64,000 bases of DNA, from the NCBI GenBank assembly GCA_963727505.1, contig CAVSGP010000009.1, positions 512,001 to 576,000 on the forward strand. Reading direction: 5' to 3'. Each line of letters starts with the position of its first letter. Positions within the stretch are counted from its first letter, which is position 1. This document shows positions 18,820 to 28,020 of this stretch, in pieces. Source of the DNA: an uncultured Trueperaceae bacterium. Its GTDB lineage: Bacteria > Deinococcota > Deinococci > Deinococcales > Trueperaceae. The translations under genes and the position numbers were made by a program. A model generated the notes under the pieces. That model had not been told where the DNA came from. It searched no databases and saw nothing but the letters and a program-made list of their open reading frames with translations.

Positions 18820-19646
18820 GTCGCCCCCTCCCCGCCCGCGGGGTGCCAGGCCTCGCCGTGCAGGCTGAAGCTGTCGGCGAACAGCTGGCGCGTGTAGGCG
18901 TGCTCGGGAGCGTGGGTGACGCGATCGACGTCGCCGCGTTCGACCAGCTTGCCGGACTGCATGATGAAGAGGGTATCGCTGACGTAGGTGGCGAGGCTGA
19001 TGTCGTGGGTGATGAACAGGATGGTGAGGTGGCGGTCGCGGTTGAGATCGAGCAGCACGTTGAGGATGTTGGCGCGCGAGGAGGCGTCGATCATGGTGGT
19101 GGGTTCGTCGGCGATGAGCAGCTCGGGTTGCACCATGACCGCCCTGGCGATCATCACGCGCTGGCGCTGCCCTCCCGAGAGCTCGTGAGGGAGCTGGTCG
19201 AGCACGCTGCCGGGGTCGAGTCCGACGCTTTCGAGCGCCGCTACCATGCGCCCTTCGCGTTCGCGCGTTGAGAGGTGGCGGTCCTCGAGGCGGAGCGCGC
19301 TTCTCAGCACGTAGCGCACCGGGAAGAACTGGTTGAAGGAGCCGAACGGGTCCTGGAAGACGGCCTGCACGTGCGTCCAGTACGCCTTGCGACGAGCGAA
19401 GCCGCGCAGCCGGGTGACGTCCTCGCCGTGGAAGTACAGGCGACCCGAGCTGGGCTCGAGCAGCCGAAGCGCCAGCCGCGCCAGGGTGGACTTTCCGCTC
19501 CCCGATTCCCCCACCACGGAGGCGATCTCGCCGCGCTGGAGCTCGAGCGTGACGTCGTCCACCGCCCGGACGGCGCGCGTGCCCTGCCCGAAGAGGCGGG
19601 TGAGCTCCTCGCAGCGTAGTAGCGGAACGGCGCCGCTGGCGGTCAT
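18816..19646 (-). CDS. Opp/Dpp-type ABC transporter ATP-binding subunit
   Basis: GESGSGKST, LSGGQRQR, IADEPT, ITHD. Confidence 0.93.
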   Translation of the reverse strand: MTASGAVPLLRCEELTRLFGQGTRAVRAVDDVTLELQRGEIASVVGESGSGKSTLARLALRLLEPSSGRLYFHGEDVTRLRGFARRKAYWTHVQAVFQDPFGSFNQFFPVRYVLRSALRLEDRHLSTREREGRMVAALESVGLDPGSVLDQLPHELSGGQRQRVMIARAVMVQPELLIADEPTTMIDASSRANILNVLLDLNRDRHLTILFITHDISLATYVSDTLFIMQSGKLVERGDVDRVTHAPEHAYTRQLFADSFSLHGEAWHPAGGEGAT

Positions 19647-20686
19647 GGTTCGACCGTCCGTGCGGCGGACTCCGGCCGTGCGGACTCTGCGCGCGCGGGA
19701 TCGATTCGGTCCGCCACCCACCAGCACGCCACGGTGTGGTCTGCTTCGACGCGGAGCGTGGGAGGGAAGGCCTCCACACAGGCGTCGCTGGCGTGCGGAC
19801 AGCGCGGATGGAAGCGGCAGCCTCCCGGTGGCTGCGACAGGTCGGGCGGCGCGCCCTCCAGGCCGTCGATGCGCTGCCGTTTGGTGGCGGACTCGAGCAC
19901 CAGCGTGGCGTCCATGAGGGCCCGTGTGTAGGGGTGCGCGGGCTCGAAGATCACCCGTTCTGTGGGGCCCATCTCCGAGACCTGTCCGGCGTACATGATC
20001 ATGGTGCGGTGGGCGACGTTGCGCAGGATCGGCAGCTCGTGCGTGACCAGGATGATCCCGCCGATGATGCCCTCGACCAGGAGCTGCGCCATCAGGGCCA
20101 GCAGCGCCCGTTGGGCGCTGACGTCGAGGGCCGAGGTAGGCTCGTCGGCGATCAGCACGCGGGGGTTGAGGAGGGTCGAGATGACGGCTACGACCCGCTG
20201 CTTCATGCCTCCTGAGAGCTGGTGGGGGTAGGCGTCGAGCACGCGCTCGGGGAGGTGGAGCTGGGCCAGGCGCTCGCGGGCGCGTTGCACCGCTGCCTGC
20301 CGGGTCACGGCGGGGTCGTGAGAGCGCAGCACGTCGAACACGAAGTCGCGCACGCGCTGGGTGGGGTTGAGCGAGTTCATGGCGCCCTGCGGCATCATCG
20401 AGACGATGGTGCCGCGATGCGAGGCTTCCGCGGTCGCCGACAGCGGCACCTCGCGACCGTCGATGCGCAGGCTGCCGCCGCGCGGGCACAGCGGCCAGCG
20501 CGCCACGGAGGCAAGCACCTGAGCGAGGGTCGACTTGCCGCAACCGGATTCCCCGGCCACGCCCAGGATCTCGCCCTCCCCGAGCGTCAGCGAGACGCCG
20601 TCCACGGCGCGGATCCAGCCGTTCAGGCCGTGCCGGTAGTAGGCCTGCAGATCGTCGGCGACCAGAAGCTCACGCACAGTTCCCAC
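19643..20686 (-). CDS. Opp/Dpp-type ABC transporter ATP-binding subunit with HPYT/Cys C-domain
   Basis: GESGCGKST, LSGGMKQR, HPYT, GCRFHPRC. Confidence 0.93.
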   Translation of the reverse strand: MGTVRELLVADDLQAYYRHGLNGWIRAVDGVSLTLGEGEILGVAGESGCGKSTLAQVLASVARWPLCPRGGSLRIDGREVPLSATAEASHRGTIVSMMPQGAMNSLNPTQRVRDFVFDVLRSHDPAVTRQAAVQRARERLAQLHLPERVLDAYPHQLSGGMKQRVVAVISTLLNPRVLIADEPTSALDVSAQRALLALMAQLLVEGIIGGIILVTHELPILRNVAHRTMIMYAGQVSEMGPTERVIFEPAHPYTRALMDATLVLESATKRQRIDGLEGAPPDLSQPPGGCRFHPRCPHASDACVEAFPPTLRVEADHTVACWWVADRIDPARAESARPESAARTVEP

Positions 20687-21533
20687 CTCCTCCCTGCAAG
20701 CGGGGGTTGTAGATCTCGTCGAGGCTGGAGTTCAGCAGCAGCAGCCCGAAGGACACGACCGACAGGAAGAACGTGGGCGGGATGAACGTCCACCAGACCC
20801 CCTGCCGGACCGCCTCCCAGAGGAGTGACCACTGCAACAGGATCCCCAGCGAGATGGTGTTGGTCGGACCCAGGCCGAGCAGGCTGAGCGCTGCCTCCGT
20901 CAGCACCGCGGTCGCGAGCTGCAGCGTGAAGGCCATCCCCAGGTAGGACAGGATGTAGGGGATCACGTCGCGAAGGATGATGCCGAAGCCGCCTGCGCCC
21001 GAGAGCCGTGCGATGTCGATGTGCTCGCGGGTTCGCAGACTGCTGGTCTGCGCCGCGACGGCGCGCGCCGTCCACGGCCAGGAGGTGACGCCGATGATCA
21101 GCCCCATGGTGACGGCGGAGCGCGAGCCCAGCGCGATGGACAACAGGATCAGCACGACGATGGCCGGGATCGTGATGAGCACATTGGTCACGCCCATCAG
21201 TGCCTCCTCGATCACGCCTGCGTAGAAGCCCGCCACCGTGCCCACGAGCACGCCGATGAGCACGGCCACCAGTCCGGCGATCGCGCCGATCTCCAACGAG
21301 TTGCGCGTGCCGTACATCAGCAGGGTGAGCTCATCACGTCCGAAGTTGTCCGTGCCCAGCGGTGGGTGGGCGGCGGGGGAGTTGTTGACGCCGCCGACGA
21401 CCGCGTTGGGGTCGTGCCCGGATAGGACGGGACCGAGCAGCGCGAAACCGAGCACGAGGAGGACCAGCAGCAGGCTGGTGTTGAAGCGGCTGGAGCGCAG
21501 GGCCGTCCGGAGGAAGCGAGCGCGCATCAGCAT
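20670..21533 (-). CDS. Opp/Dpp-type ABC permease (OppC-like)
   Basis: HPPLGTDNFGRD, EAALSLLGLG, TM helices. Confidence 0.92.
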   Translation of the reverse strand: MLMRARFLRTALRSSRFNTSLLLVLLVLGFALLGPVLSGHDPNAVVGGVNNSPAAHPPLGTDNFGRDELTLLMYGTRNSLEIGAIAGLVAVLIGVLVGTVAGFYAGVIEEALMGVTNVLITIPAIVVLILLSIALGSRSAVTMGLIIGVTSWPWTARAVAAQTSSLRTREHIDIARLSGAGGFGIILRDVIPYILSYLGMAFTLQLATAVLTEAALSLLGLGPTNTISLGILLQWSLLWEAVRQGVWWTFIPPTFFLSVVSFGLLLLNSSLDEIYNPRLQGGGGNCA

Positions 21534-21535
21534 GC

Positions 21536-22552
21536 TCAGCGCTCCCCGCTACGCGCCGCGCGGATCCGCGGGTCGATGACCCCGTACGCGAGGTCGACCA
21601 GGAAGTTCGCCAGGAGCACCGCCACGATGATGATGAGCGTCACGCCCTGGATCAGCGGGTAGTCGTTGGCGTTGATGGCGTTGAACAGCAAGGTGCCGAT
21701 GCCGGGGTAGGAGAACACGATCTCGGTGATGAGCGCACCTCCCACCAGGGTCCCGAGTGCCAGCGCCAGCCCGGTGATCTGCGGGAGCATGGCGTTGCGG
21801 AAGACATAGCCGAGCACGCGGCGGTCGCTGACACCGAGCGAGGTGGCGTAGTTCACGTAGTCGCTGCCGAGCTCGTAGATCGCCATGGAGCGCATCCCCA
21901 CGGCCTGACCCCCGATGGCGATGACCAGCAGCGACAGGAAGGGAAGGAGATAGTGGCCCAAGGCGTCGACCATGAACCCCCAGGACAGGTTCGGGATGGT
22001 CCCGAACGAATAGCCGCCGGCCGACGGGAAGATCGGCACTGCGACGGCGAAAACATAGAGCAGAACGATAGCGAGCGCGTAGTAGGGGATGCTCGAGAGA
22101 GCGAGGGCGCTGACGAAGAGGTTGCGGTCGAACGCGCCCCGCTTGTACGCCGCCAGTGCCCCGAGCAGGTTGCCCAGGATCCATCCCAACAGGATCGCGG
22201 GCAGTTGGAGTGCGAGGGTCCAGGGGACCGCCTGCCGGATGAGCGTGGTGACGCGGGCGGGGAAGAGCGAGAACGATTGCCCGAGGTCGCCGTGGACGAT
22301 GTTGCCAAGATACGCGAAGAACTGCCCGGACAGCGGCTTGTCGAGATCGAACTGGGTGATGAAGGCCTGGTAGGTCTTGCTGGCGCTGGCGCCCCCGCCG
22401 CCGCCCTGCAGGAAGCGCGCGACGATGAGGTCGACGGGATTGCCCGGAACCAGGCGCGGCAGGAAGAAGTTGAGGCTCACCGCGGCCACGAGGGCGATGA
22501 GGTACCAGCCCAGCTTGGTGAGGATGTACCTCCGGAAGGTTGGGGACATCAT
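21536..22552 (-). CDS. Opp/Dpp-type ABC permease (OppB-like)
   Basis: LVPGNP, GDLGQS, FRNAMLP, EIVFSYPGIG, DYPLIQG. Confidence 0.92.
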   Translation of the reverse strand: MMSPTFRRYILTKLGWYLIALVAAVSLNFFLPRLVPGNPVDLIVARFLQGGGGGASASKTYQAFITQFDLDKPLSGQFFAYLGNIVHGDLGQSFSLFPARVTTLIRQAVPWTLALQLPAILLGWILGNLLGALAAYKRGAFDRNLFVSALALSSIPYYALAIVLLYVFAVAVPIFPSAGGYSFGTIPNLSWGFMVDALGHYLLPFLSLLVIAIGGQAVGMRSMAIYELGSDYVNYATSLGVSDRRVLGYVFRNAMLPQITGLALALGTLVGGALITEIVFSYPGIGTLLFNAINANDYPLIQGVTLIIIVAVLLANFLVDLAYGVIDPRIRAARSGER

Positions 22553-22570
22553 GCCCTCTCCAGGTGCCGC

Positions 22571-22600
22571 GAAGGAGGGAGCGAGGGTCGCCCCCTCCTT
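22571..22600 (-). terminator. intra-operon stem-loop after the solute-binding protein gene
   Basis: GAAGGAGGG...CCCTCCTTC inverted repeat. Confidence 0.5.
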
Positions 22601-22613
22601 CGGGCAGGGACGT

Positions 22614-24326
22614 CTACTTCAGCTTCACGTCGCGCAGCACGTCGATGTACCACTGCGGTGACGTGCCCATGGGGTTGTCGGCCGTCGGGAAGTTGGTCCA
22701 CACCGACGTGTTGAACTCGTAGAACAGGAGCGGCCGGTACATCAGTGGGATGCCCGGGACGTCCTGCATGAAGATCTTGTCGAGCTCGGCGTAGGCCGCC
22801 TTCTTGTCGGCGACCGTGGCCGCCGCGCCGGCCTTGTCGAGCAGCGGCGGGACGGCGGGATTGGCGTAACGGCTGTAGTCCCAGAACGCGTTCTGGCCCA
22901 CCGCCGGCACGCTTCGGTTGTCCATCATGTCGCGGAAGCGCGCCCACGGCGCGTCCGGACCCACGCCCGAGATGTAGAACAGGGCCAGGTCGAAGTTGCC
23001 GGTCTGCACATCGTTGATGTCGACCGGAGCCTGCGGGAAGTTGGTCGTCACGTCGATGCCGACCGCCTTTGCGCTCTGCGACACCACCTGCAGGGCCGCC
23101 ATCCAGTCGGTCCAGCCGTACGGCGTCTGGGCCACGAAGCTCAGCTTGGTGCCGTCGGGCAGGACGTAGATGCCGTCGGAGCCCTTGGTGGCATGGAGCT
23201 GGTTCTCGAGGATGTCCTTGGCCTTGGCCGGGTCGTACGTCCAGCCGTACTGGTCGACGTTCTGCGCGTCGAAGTACTGAGACTCGACGCCCGACGGGAT
23301 GATCAGGCTCGACTTGGCCGGCTCGGAGTAGCGCGACATCGCGGTCTGCGCGATGAGCGGGTAGTTGATGGCGTAGGCGAGCGCGCGGCGCACCAGGACG
23401 TTGTCGAGCCCCTTGCGCTGCACGTTGACCAGCATCATCGGGATGGATCCCGGGATGTAGTAGGGCTCGCTGCTCAACCAGGTGCCGACGTTCTTGATGG
23501 TCCAGACGTTCGGCACGAACTGCTGCGACCAGTCGAGCTGGCCCTGCTGCAGCGCCAGGTTGCCGGCATCGTTGCTCTTGAAGATCGGGTGCACCACGTA
23601 CTTGGGCGCCGGCATGCCGTAGAGGCCCTTGCCCCAGTAGTTGTCGAAGCGCTGGAGCACGATCTGCTCGGCGTTGTAGCTCATCACGGTGTACGAACCC
23701 GACCCGACGGGGTCGAAGTTCTCGTACTGGAGCAGGGCGGACTGGCCCTGGTCGGCCACGGCCTGCCAGATGTGCTGCGGCAGGATGTAGACGGTATCGA
23801 CGTAGCGTTCGACCACGCCGGGGTTCGGCAGGGCGGGATCGAGGTTGAACACCACGGTCTGCGCGTCAGGGGTGTCGACCGAGGTCAGGTAGTCCCACAC
23901 CCCGGTGGTGCTGACCGAGAAGTTCTTGCCGAGCTCGAACGTGAACTTGACGTCGGCCGACGTCAACGGCTGGCCGTCCTGCCACATGGTGCCGGGCTGC
24001 ATGTGGACGGTGAGCTGTGTCGGCGTCGTCCAGGCCATGTCCTTGCCGAGCGCCGGGGCGTTGGAGCCGTCCACGATGTTGGACGTGAACAGCGTCTCGA
24101 AGATGTAGCCGGCCCCGTTGATGCCCATCTGCCCGTTCCCGCCTGTGGGCCAGGCCGGGCTGGACGACAGCGGGTTGAAGTTCGTGGGCGGGCCCCACTG
24201 GTGGCCGCCGATGTAGAGCGTCTCGTTGCGCGGCAACGACTGGGCGACGGCGATGGAGCCGGCCGCGACCAGAGCGAGTGCCGCGAGAGCCGCGAGGATC
24301 CTGAAGGTGGGATGCCGTTTCGCCAT
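22614..24326 (-). CDS. family 5 solute-binding protein, probably oligosaccharide-binding
   Basis: signal peptide (AVA-Q), LPRNETLYIGGHQWGPP, WQDGQPLTSADVKFTF, PVGSG, GWTDW; operon context. Confidence 0.9.
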   Translation of the reverse strand: MAKRHPTFRILAALAALALVAAGSIAVAQSLPRNETLYIGGHQWGPPTNFNPLSSSPAWPTGGNGQMGINGAGYIFETLFTSNIVDGSNAPALGKDMAWTTPTQLTVHMQPGTMWQDGQPLTSADVKFTFELGKNFSVSTTGVWDYLTSVDTPDAQTVVFNLDPALPNPGVVERYVDTVYILPQHIWQAVADQGQSALLQYENFDPVGSGSYTVMSYNAEQIVLQRFDNYWGKGLYGMPAPKYVVHPIFKSNDAGNLALQQGQLDWSQQFVPNVWTIKNVGTWLSSEPYYIPGSIPMMLVNVQRKGLDNVLVRRALAYAINYPLIAQTAMSRYSEPAKSSLIIPSGVESQYFDAQNVDQYGWTYDPAKAKDILENQLHATKGSDGIYVLPDGTKLSFVAQTPYGWTDWMAALQVVSQSAKAVGIDVTTNFPQAPVDINDVQTGNFDLALFYISGVGPDAPWARFRDMMDNRSVPAVGQNAFWDYSRYANPAVPPLLDKAGAAATVADKKAAYAELDKIFMQDVPGIPLMYRPLLFYEFNTSVWTNFPTADNPMGTSPQWYIDVLRDVKLK

Positions 24327-24391
24327 GGTGGCGTTGTCCTCTCTTGATCTTGGGTAGGCTTACCGAGCGGGTCGGTCGGGACTTCTGTCTT

Positions 24392-25423
24392 CTAGGGCAC
24401 CTCCCTTCGTTGCACCGAGGCACGCTTGACGAGGGCGAGCGGCGGAAGGTCGGGCCGACCTGCTCCATGCTCGCCGCGGATATCGCGGAGGAGACGGTCG
24501 GCCACGATGCGGCCGAGCGCCTCCAGGGGTTGCTGGACGGTGGTGAGGGGTGGGGTGGTGAACGACGACATGCGCTGGTCGTCGAAGCCGATCACGGAGA
24601 GGTCGCCCGGACAGCGCAGTCCGCGCTCCCATAACGCGCTGAGGGCGCCGAGCGCCATCTGATCGTTGGCGACGAAGACCGCGCTCACATGGCTGCGGTC
24701 GAGCAGCGTCCGCATGGCGTCGCGGCCGCCTCTCTCCTGGAAGTCACCCTCCACGATCCATGCGGGGTCGACCTCGAGACCGGCGTCGGCCATGGCTTGG
24801 ACGTAGCCCTCACGCCGCTCGCGGGCGTGCAGGTTGTTCGATGGTCCCGCGAGGTGGCCGATGCGGCGGTGCCCCATCTCGAGCAGATGCCGGGTCGCCG
24901 TGACGCCGCCGGCGCGCTGGTCCCAGGCCAGGCAGCGGTCTTCGATCTCCGGGACCACGCGTCCCAGCACGAGGGTGGGCGTGCCGCGGCTGACGACTTC
25001 AGCCAGATCGGAGTCGCACACGGCCTCCAAGAAGACCACGAGCCCATCGACGTGCCGGTTCAGGAGGTCGAACAGGGTGTCCTTCTCGTCCGCTCGTTGG
25101 CCGTTGCCACCCGCCACGATCAAGCGGTAACCCCCATCGGCCAGACGGGACTCGAGGCCGTCGAAGAGGTCAGCGAAGAAGCCGCCGACGTAGGTCGCGG
25201 CGACGCCGACGGCATGGGAACGACCGCTGTGGAGGGCGCGGGCATGGGGATTGGGTCGGTACCCGAGGTCGCGGGAGGCCGTGACCACGCGATCCCGCAG
25301 CTCCGGCGCCACCGTCTTCGCGCCGTTCAGTACGCGTGAGACCGTCGCGACCGAGACGCCTGCGGTCCGCGCCACGTCCACGATCCGGATCCTCCGAGAG
25401 CGGGGACTCCCCCTCTTCTTCAA
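24392..25423 (-). CDS. LacI family transcriptional regulator
   Basis: IVDVARTAGVSVATVSRVLN, LGYRPN, LSVIGFDD, PPLTTV; TTG start inferred. Confidence 0.93.
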   Translation of the reverse strand: MKKRGSPRSRRIRIVDVARTAGVSVATVSRVLNGAKTVAPELRDRVVTASRDLGYRPNPHARALHSGRSHAVGVAATYVGGFFADLFDGLESRLADGGYRLIVAGGNGQRADEKDTLFDLLNRHVDGLVVFLEAVCDSDLAEVVSRGTPTLVLGRVVPEIEDRCLAWDQRAGGVTATRHLLEMGHRRIGHLAGPSNNLHARERREGYVQAMADAGLEVDPAWIVEGDFQERGGRDAMRTLLDRSHVSAVFVANDQMALGALSALWERGLRCPGDLSVIGFDDQRMSSFTTPPLTTVQQPLEALGRIVADRLLRDIRGEHGAGRPDLPPLALVKRASVQRREVP

Positions 25424-25449
25424 CGTCTTCCCCCTGACAACCAACCTGC

Positions 25450-25465
25450 GAGAAAAGCTTTTCTC
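25450..25465. promoter_or_regulatory. perfect 16-bp palindrome GAGAAAAGCTTTTCTC, probable LacI operator
   Basis: AT-rich palindrome over the predicted transcription start of the LacI/ABC operon. Confidence 0.75.
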
Positions 25466-25466
25466 A

Positions 25467-25495
25467 AAGTTAGCGGGCGGCCCGTCCTCTGTCAA
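25467..25495 (-). promoter_or_regulatory. sigma-A promoter TTGACA-17-TAACTT
   Basis: consensus -35, 17-nt spacer, near-consensus -10. Confidence 0.75.
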
Positions 25496-25532
25496 GGACC
25501 GATGACCCGGCTGTCAAGGACCGATGCCCCGG
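25489..25532. repeat. 22-bp tandem duplication containing the -35 element
   Basis: ctgtcaaggaccgatgacccgg / ctgtcaaggaccgatgccccgg (1 mismatch). Confidence 0.9.
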
Positions 25533-25626
25533 CAACGCCGGGCACGTGTACGGACGGGCTCGGCGAGGTGGCTGCCGCAGCCGGAGCGGGAACGGTAGAA
25601 TGCCGCGCAAGCCCGGGAGGAGAACC

Positions 25627-28020
25627 ATGAAGCTCGCCCTACGCATCGTCGGTGTGGTGGTCGTCGTGCTCGTCGTCGCCGCAGCGGGAGCCTGGCTCTA
25701 CCTGCGCACCTCGCTGCCGAAGACGCGGGGCACGGTCGTGCTCCCCGGCCTTCACCAGAGCGTCGACGTCGTCCGCGACGCCAACGACGTGCCGCACATC
25801 TACGCCAAGGACAAGGCCGACGCGATCTTCGCGCTCGGCTACGTGCATGCCCAGGACCGCCTGTGGCAGATGGACTTCCAGCGGCGCGTCGCCGCAGGCC
25901 GGCTGTCCGAGGTCCTCGGCGGCGCCACCGTCGACACCGACAAGTTCCTCCGCACCCTCGGGGTGTACCGTGCTGCCCAGGAGGCCCTGGACCACCTCGA
26001 TCCGCAGACCCGCATGTTGCTCGACGCCTACGTGGCCGGGATCAATGCCTACCTCGCCGACCACCGCGGCGCCTGGCCGCCCGAGTACGTGGTGCTTGGC
26101 GTGAAACCCGAGCCCTTCAAGGCTGCCGATGTGATCGCCTGGGCCAAGATGATGTCGTGGGACCTGTCGGGCAACTGGAACGACGAGCTGCTGCGAGCCC
26201 GGCTCATCGCCAAGCTCCAGCCCAGCGACCCGCAGAAGCTCGTCGCCACCCTCTGGCCCGGTTACCCGAAGGACGGGCCGGTGGTGCTGCCGAACTTCAC
26301 CGCCCTGTACAAGACGCTGCCGCTCAACGCGCTCGCGGCAGCCGCGCCCGCGCCGCCTCCGCCCGGCCTGGGCTCGAACGACTGGGTGGTCGACGGCGCG
26401 CACACCGCCACCGGCAAGCCGCTGCTCGCCAACGACCCGCACCTGGGGCTCGATGCGCCCTCGCTGTGGTATCTGGCGCAGATCTCGGCGCCGGGACTCG
26501 ATGTCATCGGCGGCACCCTCCCCGGGACGCCGGCCGTGCTGCTGGGGCGCAACGACCGCATCGCCTGGGGCTTCACCAACACCGGGCCCGACACCCAGGA
26601 CCTGTTCATGGAGAAGGTGGATCCCAGCGACCCCACCCGCTACCTCACACCATCGGGGAGCGAGCCCTTCGGTACGCGCCGCGAGGTGATCCACGTCAAG
26701 GGCGGCGACGACGTTGTCCTGAACGTGCGCACCACCCGTCACGGGCCGGTGATCTCGGACGTGGCCTCGAGCGCCGCACAGGTGGCCAAGGAGCACGGCG
26801 GCGACGTCGTGCTGGCCATGCAGTGGACGGCGTTGGAGCCGGACGACACCACCATCCAGGCCGTGATGGAGATGAACACCGCGCAGAACTGGGACCAGTT
26901 CAAGACCGCCCTGCGCGACTTCGTCACGCCCGAACAGAACATCGTCTACGCGGACGTCGACGGCAATATCGGCTACTACGCCCCGGGGAGGATCCCGATC
27001 CGCAAGAGCGGCGAGGGAACCGTCCCGGCGCCGGGCTGGACGGGCGCCTACGACTGGGTGGGGAGCGTGCCCTTCGACGCGCTGCCGCACACCTTCAACC
27101 CCGCCAACGGCCAGGTGGTCACCGCCAACGACAAGGTGGTCCCAGACGGCTACCCGTACTATCTCACCCGGGATTGGGCCGTTCCCTACCGGGCCGAGCG
27201 GATCCAGGCGCTGCTGGCGGGAAGTCCCAAGGCCACCGTCGATACCATGGAGAGCATCCAGTCCGATCAGACGTCGTTGATGGCCCGCACGTTCCTTCCC
27301 ACGCTGCGCGCCGTGACGCCGGGCAGCGATCTGGCGCGCAAGGCGCAGGCGCAGCTCGTCGGCTGGGAAGGGGACATGGCGCGGGACCAGGCGGCTCCCC
27401 TGATCTTCGCCGCTTGGTATCGGGCGTTCTCCAAGCGCGTCTACGCCGACGAGATGGGGGACCTGTTCGACGCCTACTACGGGTTCCACCCGCGCTTCCT
27501 CGAGCACGTGCTGACCAGCGATCCGGCGTGGTGCGACGACGTTCGCACGCCCGGAGTGGAGACCTGCCAGCAGCAGGCCGGGGCCGCCCTACAGGACGCC
27601 GTCGACCAGCTCGCCAAGAGCTACGGCAAGGACCCCGCGCGCTGGCACTGGGGCGCCGCGCACCAGGCCCTCAGCGCCCACCAGGTGTTCACCAACACGC
27701 CGCTGCGGGGCCTGTTCGACCTGCGCGTCCCCAACGGCGGCGGCGCCTACACCGTCGACGTGGGGCGCTACGACATGGGGGACGCCAAGCGTCCCTACCA
27801 GCAGATCGTCGGGCCAGGCTATCGCGCCGTGTACGACCTCTCGCAGGGGGGCACGTCGCGCTTCATCCAGACCACGGGTCAGTCGGGCAACGTGCTATCG
27901 CGCCATTACCGTGACTTCCTGCGTCGCTGGCGCGACGTGCGGTACCTGCCCATGAGCCTCGAGCGGAACGACGCCGAGAAGGGACAGATCGGAACGCTGC
28001 ACCTGACGCCCGGCTCCTAG
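25627..28020 (+). CDS. penicillin acylase family (S45 Ntn-hydrolase), N-terminally anchored
   Basis: VPHIYA, HAQDRLWQMD, G/SNDW catalytic Ser, LLANDPHL, GQSGN; RBS GGAGGAG. Confidence 0.92.
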   Translation: MKLALRIVGVVVVVLVVAAAGAWLYLRTSLPKTRGTVVLPGLHQSVDVVRDANDVPHIYAKDKADAIFALGYVHAQDRLWQMDFQRRVAAGRLSEVLGGATVDTDKFLRTLGVYRAAQEALDHLDPQTRMLLDAYVAGINAYLADHRGAWPPEYVVLGVKPEPFKAADVIAWAKMMSWDLSGNWNDELLRARLIAKLQPSDPQKLVATLWPGYPKDGPVVLPNFTALYKTLPLNALAAAAPAPPPPGLGSNDWVVDGAHTATGKPLLANDPHLGLDAPSLWYLAQISAPGLDVIGGTLPGTPAVLLGRNDRIAWGFTNTGPDTQDLFMEKVDPSDPTRYLTPSGSEPFGTRREVIHVKGGDDVVLNVRTTRHGPVISDVASSAAQVAKEHGGDVVLAMQWTALEPDDTTIQAVMEMNTAQNWDQFKTALRDFVTPEQNIVYADVDGNIGYYAPGRIPIRKSGEGTVPAPGWTGAYDWVGSVPFDALPHTFNPANGQVVTANDKVVPDGYPYYLTRDWAVPYRAERIQALLAGSPKATVDTMESIQSDQTSLMARTFLPTLRAVTPGSDLARKAQAQLVGWEGDMARDQAAPLIFAAWYRAFSKRVYADEMGDLFDAYYGFHPRFLEHVLTSDPAWCDDVRTPGVETCQQQAGAALQDAVDQLAKSYGKDPARWHWGAAHQALSAHQVFTNTPLRGLFDLRVPNGGGAYTVDVGRYDMGDAKRPYQQIVGPGYRAVYDLSQGGTSRFIQTTGQSGNVLSRHYRDFLRRWRDVRYLPMSLERNDAEKGQIGTLHLTPGS

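Noticed and set aside
17662..20543. ORF-track entries suggesting long N-terminal extensions on the Gfo and ABC ATPase genes
   Set aside because: The upstream parts are off-frame readings of neighbouring genes; real starts at 18819 and 19646 overlap the upstream stops.
14049..25423. Sugar operon as a mobile genomic island
   Set aside because: No mobility genes, terminal repeats or obvious compositional shift were visible.
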